Shown here in pieces: positions 39,150-49,374 of a DNA stretch of 64,000 nt. The DNA comes from Escherichia phage vB_EcoM_NBG2: the sequence record NC_054925.1; one strand, given 5' to 3'. The notes under the pieces are model-generated. The model was not told the DNA's origin and did not search any database. It worked only from the letters and a program-made list of their open reading frames with translations. Both the position numbers and the translations under genes were made by a program. Numbering within the stretch: the stretch's first letter is position 1; the number at the start of each line of letters is the position of its first letter.

Positions 39150-39362
39150 CTATTCCTTACTAAGAGCAGCATTCAGCTTGTTAGTAATTTTATCCAGACG
39201 CTCATTGAATTCGCTAGAAGATAAGCCTTTTTCTGGAGAAATCAAACTAATCACGAAAAATATAGCAATAAAAGGAATAAGGAAAATAGCTCCAACTGCC
39301 ATAAACAGAAAGAATGTTACAGTTGTAAGAAAATCAGCTAAACCTTTACGAAATTTATACAT
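39150..39362 (-). CDS. small membrane protein
   Basis: 70 aa; long hydrophobic segment. Confidence 0.45.
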   Translation of the reverse strand: MYKFRKGLADFLTTVTFFLFMAVGAIFLIPFIAIFFVISLISPEKGLSSSEFNERLDKITNKLNAALSKE

Positions 39363-39477
39363 ATTTTACCCTTAATTGATTAACCAAGCATTGATAAGCA
39401 CTAAACTATACTGCGAATAAAATTCTGGACCAAAATGAAAAATCATATCATTTATAGTATCCATAATGTAATTCAAT

Positions 39478-39948
39478 TTAATCATGTGTCCACACCCCAT
39501 CGGTATTTGACCAAAGTCGCTGATTATCTGATCCTCGCCACAGCTTTTTGGTCGGAAGATTTTTCTCATACTTCCCATCAATAATAACATCAACATATTT
39601 AAGCATTTCTAGTTGTTTAATATCTTCAAACTTATATCCTGTCCACAACCAAATGCTTTTATTCGGATAAAGATTTTTTACTGTTTGAACAATGCAATGA
39701 ACAACATCTCGGTTATCAGGATAAAGAGGGTCTCCTCCAGTTATAGTTAATCCTTCTATATAATCATTATTCAAACATTCAATTAATTGTTCTAGCGTTT
39801 CACCAGTGAATGGAACGCCATTTCTAGCATTCCATGTTGATTTATTATAACACCCTTCACATTTATGCAAACAACCTGTAACGAAAAGAACGACCCTGCA
39901 TCCAGGGCCATTCACAAAATCGCAGGGATAAAATCTATCGTAATTCAT
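39478..39948 (-). CDS. nrdG: anaerobic ribonucleotide reductase activating protein NrdG (radical SAM)
   Basis: 156 aa; CLHKCEGC cluster motif. Confidence 0.85.
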   Translation of the reverse strand: MNYDRFYPCDFVNGPGCRVVLFVTGCLHKCEGCYNKSTWNARNGVPFTGETLEQLIECLNNDYIEGLTITGGDPLYPDNRDVVHCIVQTVKNLYPNKSIWLWTGYKFEDIKQLEMLKYVDVIIDGKYEKNLPTKKLWRGSDNQRLWSNTDGVWTHD

Positions 39949-41762
39949 TGGTGTTTAACCCTATGCATGATTTCTTTATTTTTTCCAAGATTAAATCCGC
40001 GTTCATTCGGATTTCCCAAATAACCACAAGTTCTTCTTATGGTGTTCATCTTTTTAGGATCAGTTTCTCCACAAATAGAACAAACAAATCCGTTTTCAGT
40101 AGGAGTCATTTCATGGGTACTTCCGCATGTAAAACATTTATCTACTGGCATATTAACACCAAAATAATCTAAATGTTGTGCAGCATAATCCCATACAGCC
40201 TCAAGACCTTTTAGGTTATTTTTCATATCAGGAAGTTCAACATAAGAAATGTGACCACCTGTCGCAATGAAATGATACGGTGCTTCGCGAGAAATCTTTT
40301 CAAACGGAGTAATATTTTCTTCTACTGAAACGTGGAAACTGTTAGTGTACCAGCCTTTATCGGTAACATCTTTTACACTTCCATATTTTTCGGTATCAAG
40401 TTTACAGAAGCGATAGCACAGATTTTCAGCAGGAGTAGAATACAAACTAAAAGCAAAACCAGTTCTTTCAGTCCACTGCTTAAGATGAGTATTCATTTTA
40501 GTTAAAATTTCCTGTCCAATATCACGACCGACAAGAATATTCAATTCGTGAATACCAATGTATCCTAGGGATACTGAACTTCTACCGTTTTTAAATAACT
40601 CAATTATATCGTCATCAGGTTTAAGACGGACCCCGAATGCACCTTCTTGGTAAAGAATAGGAGCAACAGTAGCTTTAACTCCTTTTAAGGAACTAATTCT
40701 ACACAGCAAAGCTTCAAAACATAAATCCATTCGTTCATTGAACAATTCGGCAAATTTCTGTTCATTGAACTGTGTTCCAATATAAGAATCTAATGCAATA
40801 CGAGGAAGATTCAGTGTTACAACGCCAAGATTATTACGTCCATCAAGAATTTCACTACCAGTCGAATCTTTCCATACACCCAAGAAACTACGGCAACCCA
40901 TTGGAGAAACAGGAATAGATGAACCTGTGATAGCTTTATTGTTCTTAGCCGAAATGATGTCAGGATACATTCTTTTGCTTGCACACTCTAGAGCAAGCTG
41001 CTTAATATCATAGTTCGGGTCGTCTTTATAAAGATTAACACCTTCTTCAACGAACATAACAAGCTTAGGGAAAATAGGAGTTATCCCATCACGACCGAGA
41101 CCTTTAATACGATTTTTCAGAATTGCTTTCTGAATCATTCGTTCAGTCCAGTCAGTTCCCGTGCCAAATGTAATTGTTACAAAAGGCGTTTGTCCGTTTG
41201 AACTAAAGAGAGTATTTACTTCATATTCATAAGCTTGGAATGCATCGTATACATCTTTTTCTGTTTTAGATTGAGCATAATTTAACGCATCAGCGATTTG
41301 CCATTTTTCTGCATCCTCAATATGTTTTGCATAGGTGCGTTTAACATAAGGAGAAAGTACTTTATCTACATTAGCAAAAGTCGTTCCGCCATATTGATGG
41401 GAAGCAACTTGCGCAGTAATTTGTGCCATAATTGCAGTAGCAACGCCAATTGATTTAGGAGTTTCAATCTGCGCATTACCAAGCTTAAATCCGTTCTCAA
41501 GCATTCCTTTTAAATCTACTAAACAGCAATTAGTAAATGGAAGAGCAGGGGAATAATCAATATCATGAAAATGAATAATTCCGCTTTCATGCGCTTTCAT
41601 AATAAAAGACGGGACCATATTTTTGGCAATGTGTTTAGACACAATACCAGCCATAAGGTCCCGTTGAGTTGGAAAAACACGAGAATCTTTATTAGCATTC
41701 TCGTTTAAAAGGTCTTTATTAGTTTTATGAATCAATCCTTCAATTTCTTTTTCAATTGTCAT
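39945..41762 (-). CDS. nrdD: anaerobic ribonucleoside-triphosphate reductase NrdD, intronless
   Basis: 605 aa continuous ORF; glycyl-radical motif RRTCGYLG; C-terminal Zn ribbon. Confidence 0.9.
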   Translation of the reverse strand: MTIEKEIEGLIHKTNKDLLNENANKDSRVFPTQRDLMAGIVSKHIAKNMVPSFIMKAHESGIIHFHDIDYSPALPFTNCCLVDLKGMLENGFKLGNAQIETPKSIGVATAIMAQITAQVASHQYGGTTFANVDKVLSPYVKRTYAKHIEDAEKWQIADALNYAQSKTEKDVYDAFQAYEYEVNTLFSSNGQTPFVTITFGTGTDWTERMIQKAILKNRIKGLGRDGITPIFPKLVMFVEEGVNLYKDDPNYDIKQLALECASKRMYPDIISAKNNKAITGSSIPVSPMGCRSFLGVWKDSTGSEILDGRNNLGVVTLNLPRIALDSYIGTQFNEQKFAELFNERMDLCFEALLCRISSLKGVKATVAPILYQEGAFGVRLKPDDDIIELFKNGRSSVSLGYIGIHELNILVGRDIGQEILTKMNTHLKQWTERTGFAFSLYSTPAENLCYRFCKLDTEKYGSVKDVTDKGWYTNSFHVSVEENITPFEKISREAPYHFIATGGHISYVELPDMKNNLKGLEAVWDYAAQHLDYFGVNMPVDKCFTCGSTHEMTPTENGFVCSICGETDPKKMNTIRRTCGYLGNPNERGFNLGKNKEIMHRVKHQ

Positions 41763-42232
41763 TTTAAACTCTTTCTAAGCTGCTTCTTAAATGAAGCTAT
41801 TAATTGTGTTTTAGTGTCAGATTCATTATATTCAAATCCTCTTTGAAGCATCTCGGCCATCATTTCCTCTTTTCCTAAACGAGAAAATTCCTTTGATTTA
41901 TCTCCAACAAAGTTAGGGTGAATATTATTTTGGGTGTAATCGGATTTTAAATAAGTAAGTAAATTTTCTAACCATTCAAGATAATCAACACCTTGTCCCT
42001 TTAAGCCAGAACGATTAAATTTATGTTTCATTTGACCTTCTGCCGCATTACAGAGATTACAGAGCAATCCACGTACCTTTCCAGCTTTCGGTCCATTTAA
42101 TTCATGGTCATGGTCAAGATGATTAGCTTGAACATCAGGATTTAATTCTCGTTGGCAAATTAAGCATTTACCATTTTGTGCATTATAAAATTTTTGTTTT
42201 TCTTCTTTGTATAATTTGCCAGTCAATAACAT
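41759..42232 (-). CDS. 49: endonuclease VII (gene 49, Holliday junction resolvase)
   Basis: 157 aa; N-terminal CxxC...H-rich zinc site; size as T4 gp49. Confidence 0.85.
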   Translation of the reverse strand: MLLTGKLYKEEKQKFYNAQNGKCLICQRELNPDVQANHLDHDHELNGPKAGKVRGLLCNLCNAAEGQMKHKFNRSGLKGQGVDYLEWLENLLTYLKSDYTQNNIHPNFVGDKSKEFSRLGKEEMMAEMLQRGFEYNESDTKTQLIASFKKQLRKSLK

Positions 42233-42274
42233 AATAAAACCCTTACCTTAAATAGATAAGGGTATTTATTATTT

Positions 42275-42451
42275 TCAAGTATTGTAAAACATTCGATGCA
42301 ATCGCTTATATTGCCGAATCATCTTTTTAGTAGGACGAGAATAAGTTCCTACACAAGTGGTCATATTAGGGTCTGTAGAATTTCCTTTAATAAAAAGTTT
42401 CCAAACCTTACCACCATTTAACTTTTCAGTATAAATCAATTCAGTTTTCAT
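42275..42451 (-). CDS. small hypothetical ORF (58 aa)
   Basis: hand-translated; TAATG overlap with upstream stop. Confidence 0.35.
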   Translation of the reverse strand: MKTELIYTEKLNGGKVWKLFIKGNSTDPNMTTCVGTYSRPTKKMIRQYKRLHRMFYNT

Positions 42452-42915
42452 TAAAATGCTCGGTCAGAAAAAGAAATTTGAGTTTCAAGCCATTCAATAT
42501 ATTCTGCCGCAGCTTGCATCAAATTTCCTTCATAACCATCGTTATTTTCTTGCGCAGCCAATTTAGCTAATGCATATGAAATGCGTTCACCTTGAAAAGC
42601 GGCTTTAGGTTTATGAATAGCTTGATCAACTCGTTCTACAACTTCTTCAATTTCGCCATTTTCTACTGATTCAGTATTCCACAAGCACCAATACGTAATT
42701 GGCTTATCATAGATGTTAATAATCTTTCCGTCATAAAGTTCAATTTCAATAATTCCAGTATCAGGTTCTATATCATCTTCGCATTCTTTTGCAAGTTCAC
42801 GAACTTTAAAGACAGTACCTGCACTAAGTTCCGGCCAGTAATTACACAGCCCTTTATCAGCACGATTAATTCTAAACCACTTATCTACTGTAATCATGTC
42901 CCATCTCCATATCAA
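42451..42915 (-). CDS. hypothetical protein
   Basis: 154 aa ORF. Confidence 0.5.
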   Translation of the reverse strand: MIWRWDMITVDKWFRINRADKGLCNYWPELSAGTVFKVRELAKECEDDIEPDTGIIEIELYDGKIINIYDKPITYWCLWNTESVENGEIEEVVERVDQAIHKPKAAFQGERISYALAKLAAQENNDGYEGNLMQAAAEYIEWLETQISFSDRAF

Positions 42916-43020
42916 TTATGTCATTTATTGTAGGTTCATTATATACTGTTTCTTCATCAGTGTAAACCGGTTCTTCCGGCTCTGGCTCTACAGTTTCCCA
43001 TCTAGCCGCCCACCAGGGTT

Positions 43021-43329
43021 TTATAGCGTAATCCATTCTCGTATTGTCTGAGTTACTACACGTTCACGGGGTTCGACTAATTCAACAGTCGGAACTGCAT
43101 AATACCAGTCAGAATGATAAGAACCTGAACGGCATTCATTTACGGAAACATGTACATTATGTTTTGGGCTAAAATAAACACATTGCCGATATTGGCATTT
43201 GCCATCTTGTACCCAGTCTTCTATTTCGATAGGTTTAAGATAATCCGAAAAATCGAAATCATAATTTTCTGAAAATGCATCATGGTCTTCGATTATTTCG
43301 CTCAAAACTGCATCAACATCGTAAATCAT
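43021..43329 (-). CDS. hypothetical protein
   Basis: 102 aa ORF. Confidence 0.5.
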   Translation of the reverse strand: MIYDVDAVLSEIIEDHDAFSENYDFDFSDYLKPIEIEDWVQDGKCQYRQCVYFSPKHNVHVSVNECRSGSYHSDWYYAVPTVELVEPRERVVTQTIREWITL

Positions 43330-43331
43330 AT

Positions 43332-43547
43332 TTACCCCAATTTAACCATGCAATCGCCATATTTCCATTTAGAAATAGACTTTTCACCGTTAGAATAATA
43401 AACTTCGAGTTTAGCGCGGCCATTTTTAATTTGAATAACCTTTGCTGTCATCAAAGTTCCATACCCATAGTAAACTGCAACCTCATCACCCACATATACC
43501 GCGCTTCCGCGGTAGTCATGGATATAATCAGTTCCTTCAAGCATCAT
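43332..43547 (-). CDS. hypothetical protein
   Basis: 71 aa ORF. Confidence 0.5.
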   Translation of the reverse strand: MMLEGTDYIHDYRGSAVYVGDEVAVYYGYGTLMTAKVIQIKNGRAKLEVYYSNGEKSISKWKYGDCMVKLG

Positions 43548-43807
43548 TTAAAGTATTCCCGCAATTGGTCAAATCCACCAATATGACTTCCATCAGGAGC
43601 AAATACCTGAGGCATCGTCAATCCGATTTGAGTATCACGACCCAGTTTAGTCAGAAGCTCAGCGATTTTCTCATCATCAAAAACACCTTTTTCCGGCATA
43701 ATATTGATAAATTCAAACGGCTGTTTCTTCACAGTCAAGAGACGTTTTGCATTATCGCAATACACACATTTGTGGATGTTGCTATCATAACCATATACTT
43801 TAAACAT
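43544..43807 (-). CDS. nrdC: thioredoxin/glutaredoxin NrdC
   Basis: 87 aa; CVYC active-site motif. Confidence 0.8.
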   Translation of the reverse strand: MFKVYGYDSNIHKCVYCDNAKRLLTVKKQPFEFINIMPEKGVFDDEKIAELLTKLGRDTQIGLTMPQVFAPDGSHIGGFDQLREYFK

Positions 43808-43808
43808 A

Positions 43809-44099
43809 TTATTCCTTAATTCCTAGTACTTGTTTAAAAATCTCGTCATAATCAAGACTTTGGCCCGTTTGTTCTTTATGTTTGTATATAATATCACTTA
43901 CTTCTGATAGCATATTTTTATATGAACGAGTTAAAGCAGATTTAAGAACGCTATATCTATCAGGAAATTTACCATGTTCATTATAATAAGCTATTGCTAA
44001 TTCACGGACTGCTTTTTCAGCAATCTCCATATATTCTTTACGCTTGGTCATTTTCTTCTCTCTCAAATCGGTGTTTGCAATGACGACATTTATATTCAA
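43809..44099 (-). CDS. hypothetical protein
   Basis: 96 aa ORF. Confidence 0.5.
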   Translation of the reverse strand: MNINVVIANTDLREKKMTKRKEYMEIAEKAVRELAIAYYNEHGKFPDRYSVLKSALTRSYKNMLSEVSDIIYKHKEQTGQSLDYDEIFKQVLGIKE

Positions 44100-44355
44100 G
44101 CTCTGGTTTACGCCAGTTAATCAATTGTACCTGTTCAGTACCACATTTTGGACAGTTCGGAACATTCTTAGAAGCTCTTTCGCGGCGTTCAACCATAACC
44201 ATAATGGCATCCCAAGCAGGAGGTTTAAAGTCTAGATCGTCACAGCCATGAATCTTTCCACGCATTTCCAGATCGTCTTCTTCGCCAGCCATAATAATTT
44301 TAATTAGACTAGAATTACTTGAAGCTGCAATATCTTCTAATAAGCGCTTTTTCAT
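44038..44355 (-). CDS. zinc-ribbon protein
   Basis: 105 aa (start probably internal); C-terminal CPKCG...CRHC. Confidence 0.45.
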   Translation of the reverse strand: MKKRLLEDIAASSNSSLIKIIMAGEEDDLEMRGKIHGCDDLDFKPPAWDAIMVMVERRERASKNVPNCPKCGTEQVQLINWRKPELEYKCRHCKHRFEREENDQA

Positions 44356-45281
44356 TTCAATACCTCAATAGCATTACGTAAACCATTTGCTTTTGCATTA
44401 AGAGCTTTTAACAATTTAGTGTGTTCGGCAATCTGGGCTTCAACTTCAATCAAACGAGCATTGAGATATTCGCGTTCTTCGCTCAGGTTATCAACCTTTT
44501 CTACTTTAGGTTCTTTTACAACTGGCTTATATGTATTAGGGTTCTTCAGTTTAATTAGAATGCGTGAACTGTACAGCATTGAACCATTATCTTCGGTTTC
44601 GTCATACATTTCCACTACGTCCATCATCTCCACCATCGTGCAGAGTTTATAAGACAACGAACGAATAATTTTGTTGTGCTTATTAATTTCTCTAGCTGTC
44701 ATGGTGCCGAGATTACGTGAGTAATAATAAGGAACCTGGATATTAATTAATACTGATGAACCACCTGGCTTGTGTGTTACTTCATCAGCAATAACCCAAT
44801 CCTTAACATGAACTGTATTTGTACGGTCATCGCCCGCGGTAAATAGTTTACGAGCATGCTTAAAAAGCATATTCACTTGGTCATTGAATTGACAAGCGAA
44901 TTTATCAGCAAATTTAGTTTCGGGAATGGTAGATAACCAATCAGCCAAATGGGTCTTTTTAACATCGTTAACAATAGTAAATTCAACCAAATCGGTTATA
45001 GATGTCTCAGATTTAATGAAGCTCGGCTTCATAAAGTTTTTAATGTTATCACTAGCTACAGTAGAAGATAACAGACGAGAACGTTTAAACCATTGAAGCA
45101 AATTGCCTAACGAATGAGAATAAGCGTTTTGAGTATCTTTACAGATATGATTTTCCTGGCCAACATATTGAAGGAAATCACGAAGAATATTATTGATTAC
45201 TGCTCTGTGTCCGATCTGATAATTACGGTGTTTAGTAATAAGACTGTCAAAATAATCAATATAATGTTTACGAGTTTTCAT
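44352..45281 (-). CDS. hypothetical protein, member of tandem paralog array (coiled-coil C-terminus)
   Basis: 309 aa; central motif FNDQVNMLFKHARKLFTAGDD and C-terminal heptad region shared with the next three genes. Confidence 0.55.
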   Translation of the reverse strand: MKTRKHYIDYFDSLITKHRNYQIGHRAVINNILRDFLQYVGQENHICKDTQNAYSHSLGNLLQWFKRSRLLSSTVASDNIKNFMKPSFIKSETSITDLVEFTIVNDVKKTHLADWLSTIPETKFADKFACQFNDQVNMLFKHARKLFTAGDDRTNTVHVKDWVIADEVTHKPGGSSVLINIQVPYYYSRNLGTMTAREINKHNKIIRSLSYKLCTMVEMMDVVEMYDETEDNGSMLYSSRILIKLKNPNTYKPVVKEPKVEKVDNLSEEREYLNARLIEVEAQIAEHTKLLKALNAKANGLRNAIEVLK

Positions 45282-45335
45282 GTTCTTCTCACTTGGTTAA
45301 TGGTTTATACTCCGAGCCATCCTTGGCTTTAAATT

Positions 45336-46337
45336 TTACTTAATTAACTGTAAAGCTTGTTCAAGACGATCCAGGCGATTAACAGATTCTTCCCAAATCC
45401 TTTTAGCCTGCTCATATTCTTTCTGTGCTTTATTAGAAATTTCTAGAACTTCTTTATAAGCTTTTTCTAATGCAATAACTTCTGGACGAATTTCTATCGG
45501 TTCAGGTGAATCGTCAAGACATTCCATTAGTTCCTCAAGGGTAGTTTCTTCTTTAGGAGTATTCACAATTTCATCACATTTTTGCTGGTAAATTTCTTTA
45601 TCAGTCGGTGAGTACGCACACTTTACTTCACGAAGACTAACTACAATTTTATATCCTTCCCAGCCGCATATATTCTTAAAAGGATATGTATGAATATTTT
45701 CTACTGTTTCCATACAAAGTAATGCGGTCTCTAATTGACGAGTTATAGTACTAGCAATTGAGAAAAATTTATTAATGTTCTTTTGGTTAGCTTCTGGTGT
45801 AAAAAATCTGTAATTAATAAAAATAGCTACTTTGTTTTTATCAAGCTCATATTCTTCTGCTATAATCATATCATCAGCTAAGGGATGAATTGTACGATAA
45901 TCACCATAACATAATTTAGAAGCTGATTTTAGAATCTGTCCTTTGAAAAGTCTGAAATTACTAATCCAACGACGAGTAAAAATATTCTCGGTGTCTTCTT
46001 TGACATTAAGATGATAAGAATTAACATCACCGAACCAATTATATCCTACTACATCTTTGGTTCGTTTAATTTCTTTCCCAAAATTACCAAGAATATCCCG
46101 ATTAACCAAATATGAAAGAAGACGAGACTCTTTAAAGGCTTTCTTGATAACATCTTTATCTACACGGCTAGAAATTTTACGAATTTCATGAATAAATTTA
46201 ACAGAAGAAACAATACTTGCGTCAACACTATTGAGCCATTGATTGATAATGGAAATAACGCTATTTTGGCCAAACAACGGTATAGCTTTATCATCAATAA
46301 CGCTATTGAATGATTTGATATATTCGTTACGAGTCAT
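45336..46337 (-). CDS. hypothetical protein, member of tandem paralog array
   Basis: Trimmed to M11 (GAGGAG SD); 333 aa; motif FKGQILKSASKLCYGDY; coiled-coil tail. Confidence 0.55.
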   Translation of the reverse strand: MTRNEYIKSFNSVIDDKAIPLFGQNSVISIINQWLNSVDASIVSSVKFIHEIRKISSRVDKDVIKKAFKESRLLSYLVNRDILGNFGKEIKRTKDVVGYNWFGDVNSYHLNVKEDTENIFTRRWISNFRLFKGQILKSASKLCYGDYRTIHPLADDMIIAEEYELDKNKVAIFINYRFFTPEANQKNINKFFSIASTITRQLETALLCMETVENIHTYPFKNICGWEGYKIVVSLREVKCAYSPTDKEIYQQKCDEIVNTPKEETTLEELMECLDDSPEPIEIRPEVIALEKAYKEVLEISNKAQKEYEQAKRIWEESVNRLDRLEQALQLIK

Positions 46338-46365
46338 ATTAATCTCCTCAGTAGAAAGTAAGAAC

Positions 46366-46395
46366 ATTATACCACATCCTTGTGGTAAAGTAAAC
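46366..46395 (-). promoter_or_regulatory. early promoter (copy of 2428-2458 module)
   Basis: identical 32-bp sequence. Confidence 0.6.
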
Positions 46396-47423
46396 TAGTT
46401 CAGTGCATTTAGTGCATTGTTCAGTTTAGAACGTTGCTTCGTGAGATTTTTGACTTTTTCTTGAGCTTTTTCTAACATCTTTTCAGCTTCTAACACTTCA
46501 TTAGTTGCTTTAACGAGTTCATCATCTACTGCCTTGATAGACTTCTCAATCGCATCAGCATGCCATTTTTCAACAGGTTTAAGACTCGGATTTTCAACAG
46601 GAAGAAAATTCACTTTATTGAATTTCCATGCATCCTTATTACCTGAACTATACATCCAAAATTTAGGATCGTTTGATGAGTAATTGGATAAATTTAAATT
46701 TAAGTTATCTTGCACTTCCTGCTTTTTCTCTTGCGTGACTTCATCCTTTCTCAAAAAATCGTATTTAAATGAAACGATCATATCAAGTTCATATGTTGTT
46801 GTGTCTAATTTAAATCGTTCGAAATGCTTTGAAATCTTAGACTGAACAGCGGCAACAACATCCATATACTTAAATGCTTCTGTCAACTGCGATTTAAGGC
46901 ATTCACAAATTGAAAGAGAATTTTTTGTATTAGGTTTAAAGCTAATTCGTGCAGTTCTATTATTTTCTTTTAATGGTCTTACTTCCATCTGAAGAGTATA
47001 ACCATCAAATTTCAGATTCTTTAAGTTAATATCAGAACCTTTTAATCGACTCGCAGTTGATAAAATTTGCTTTAATTGTCTACGGAACAGAGCAATAAAT
47101 CTCCATTCAATACGATAATGATTTGGATTGAAAAATCCAGATGATAAATCAACCTTACTCTGACCAACGCCTTGAACAAATAGAGGATTTTTATAATCAA
47201 TAGTTTTACAGAAATCGGTGAGCTGCTCACGAGCAGTCATTTGCGTAATATACCCTGCTTTACTAAAATTACGCACCCATTCACTGCTATTCTTATACTT
47301 AAAGTGATGAATAGTACGATTAACTTTATCAAGGTCTAAATTATTTTCACACAAAAATGTCATAACATCACGAGTATCGCTGGCATTACGAACCATATCT
47401 TCAATTTGAGAACGAGTTTTCAT
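46395..47423 (-). CDS. hypothetical protein, member of tandem paralog array
   Basis: 342 aa; motif FRRQLKQILSTASRLKGSD; coiled-coil tail. Confidence 0.55.
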   Translation of the reverse strand: MKTRSQIEDMVRNASDTRDVMTFLCENNLDLDKVNRTIHHFKYKNSSEWVRNFSKAGYITQMTAREQLTDFCKTIDYKNPLFVQGVGQSKVDLSSGFFNPNHYRIEWRFIALFRRQLKQILSTASRLKGSDINLKNLKFDGYTLQMEVRPLKENNRTARISFKPNTKNSLSICECLKSQLTEAFKYMDVVAAVQSKISKHFERFKLDTTTYELDMIVSFKYDFLRKDEVTQEKKQEVQDNLNLNLSNYSSNDPKFWMYSSGNKDAWKFNKVNFLPVENPSLKPVEKWHADAIEKSIKAVDDELVKATNEVLEAEKMLEKAQEKVKNLTKQRSKLNNALNALN

Positions 47424-47431
47424 AGTGTTCC

Positions 47432-48337
47432 TTAAGATTTAAGTAAATCAACAATTTTAATTAACTTTTCACGCTCAGATTTAGCTTTACTACTCAATCC
47501 AGATAGTCTGAAAATTTCATCGTCATACTGTTGAATAGAAATATTCAGCTCTTCAATCTGTTTATTAAAATAATCAATTTGTTCAGAGTGTTTTTCGTTA
47601 CTACGAACTGGTACAGGTTTCGTAGGCAATTTAGTTGAACTGGATTCATCCGGGCGATAAATCAAAATGCAATTTGAACCAATCGGGCATTTAGCACCAG
47701 ACGTATATTCTAATGTTCCAGCTTCTTTTAAAACTTCAAAAGCTAAACAGAGATGATGCCCCATATTAGCATAATCTGTAGAGTAAGCTCTGATGTAATA
47801 ATCATCTCCACGAATACTAAATTTAAAGCATTTAAGGTCTTCTGTATTATTGGTCTTAAAAATCATTTGTTTATCTAGACCTTTAGCTAATCGAGCGCCT
47901 AATGCTAATAATCGTCTTTGATTTTCCCACAAATCCGCAATCATTTGATCGAATGATAATTTTGGCATTAGTCGACCATAAAGGTCATATCCTTTATTAT
48001 AATTACGAAGGATTTCACTCGCATTAATGCGAGACAACGCTCCAATTTTATTAAGGGCTTTCATAATACGATTAGATAAACTCATTCCAGACCCATTTGT
48101 TCGCTGTAGATGTTTTTCTAATCCAAATCCAATATCAACTTTAAACTTATCTAAAATTTCGGCATGAACATCTCTATCAATAACATTCAAATCCAAAGTT
48201 GGGTTAAATCTATGAAAAAATTTATCTGGCTCTCCACGACGAAATACAGTCCATTCATTCATCATTTTTTTATTAACTAAAGATTTAATTACTGCATTGA
48301 CATTATTAATTACTACTGACATATTTTCCTCACTCAA
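47432..48337 (-). CDS. hypothetical protein, member of tandem paralog array
   Basis: 301 aa; motif NQRRLLALGARLAKGLD; coiled-coil tail. Confidence 0.55.
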   Translation of the reverse strand: MSEENMSVVINNVNAVIKSLVNKKMMNEWTVFRRGEPDKFFHRFNPTLDLNVIDRDVHAEILDKFKVDIGFGLEKHLQRTNGSGMSLSNRIMKALNKIGALSRINASEILRNYNKGYDLYGRLMPKLSFDQMIADLWENQRRLLALGARLAKGLDKQMIFKTNNTEDLKCFKFSIRGDDYYIRAYSTDYANMGHHLCLAFEVLKEAGTLEYTSGAKCPIGSNCILIYRPDESSSTKLPTKPVPVRSNEKHSEQIDYFNKQIEELNISIQQYDDEIFRLSGLSSKAKSEREKLIKIVDLLKS

Positions 48338-48731
48338 TTTTACTAATTACGCGAAATAAGATTGAACAGACTACATAAGCACCGCACACAGATTGAACTA
48401 ATACCATTCCAAAGAACCAAATAATATTATCAAACCATGTCTGTTTTACGTCGAAAGGACGTAAACTTACAGTAATATTATCGCCTTTTTCTATTGAAGA
48501 ATACATCTCTGGTGAAATATATTCACTAAATCTATAACCGTCATTTAGTTCATATACAGCAATAAACGATAAACTAGACCCCTTTCCTTGAGTTCCTGTA
48601 AGGGTATTAACTACAGTAACATCATAATCTTTATAATGCATATAATCATTAATAGCATAATAACCATATGCAATTACTATACATAAACAACATATCAATA
48701 AATTCAATCTTTTAATTATCAACTGTTTCAT
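48330..48731 (-). CDS. membrane protein
   Basis: 133 aa; N- and C-terminal hydrophobic segments. Confidence 0.5.
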   Translation of the reverse strand: MKQLIIKRLNLLICCLCIVIAYGYYAINDYMHYKDYDVTVVNTLTGTQGKGSSLSFIAVYELNDGYRFSEYISPEMYSSIEKGDNITVSLRPFDVKQTWFDNIIWFFGMVLVQSVCGAYVVCSILFRVISKIE

Positions 48732-48786
48732 AATAATCTCAATTAAAAGGGCTTAGAACCATTATACCATCCTTGGTATAAAGCAG

Positions 48787-49314
48787 TTATGCGAGTACCG
48801 TCTTTAACCGTTCTTCAAACTTCCGAAGAGTATTTTGGCGTTCAGCTCTTTGCTTTTTGTAAGTTTCAATACGCTCTGAAATGAGAGTGTATCGTTCATT
48901 TACTGATTCTTTCATAAAATCAGGAATTTCACGAGAAGCTTTAATCTCATCAAATTTATCAATAACAGCTTGCTCTTCAGCAATTAAGTTATCATACATT
49001 AAAATATCTTTCTTGATGAACTCAATATCTTCTTGAGTTACACGAGATAATTTAGATACTTTATCCTTTTTGTACTGTTCGTTAGTATCACGAGACCAGT
49101 GCAATGTACGATTTTTATTCGTATTCTTGTAAATTTCTACAATACCAATCTCATCGATAATAACGATCCAATTCCAACGGGATTTGTAAATTTGTCCTCC
49201 ATCAACAGTGATTTCACCTCCGATTGAGATGTCATTAAAGAACTTACTTTGTGCTTCAGATTTAAATTTACCATCGTTGTAATTTACCAAGTTGAAAATA
49301 TCTTTAGCGTTCAT
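48787..49314 (-). CDS. hypothetical protein with coiled-coil C-terminus
   Basis: 175 aa; GGAGGAA SD; early promoter upstream. Confidence 0.5.
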   Translation of the reverse strand: MNAKDIFNLVNYNDGKFKSEAQSKFFNDISIGGEITVDGGQIYKSRWNWIVIIDEIGIVEIYKNTNKNRTLHWSRDTNEQYKKDKVSKLSRVTQEDIEFIKKDILMYDNLIAEEQAVIDKFDEIKASREIPDFMKESVNERYTLISERIETYKKQRAERQNTLRKFEERLKTVLA

Positions 49315-49342
49315 TTTGTGTTCCTCCGTAGTTGATAGTTGT

Positions 49343-49372
49343 ATAGTACCACAGAGGAACAGTCTTGTAAAC
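49343..49372 (-). promoter_or_regulatory. early promoter
   Basis: GTTTAC, 18 nt, TGGTACTAT. Confidence 0.5.
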
Positions 49373-49374
49373 CA

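Noticed and set aside
39945-41762. Looked for a group I intron and embedded homing endonuclease ORF in nrdD
   Set aside because: The ORF is uninterrupted at the expected protein length.
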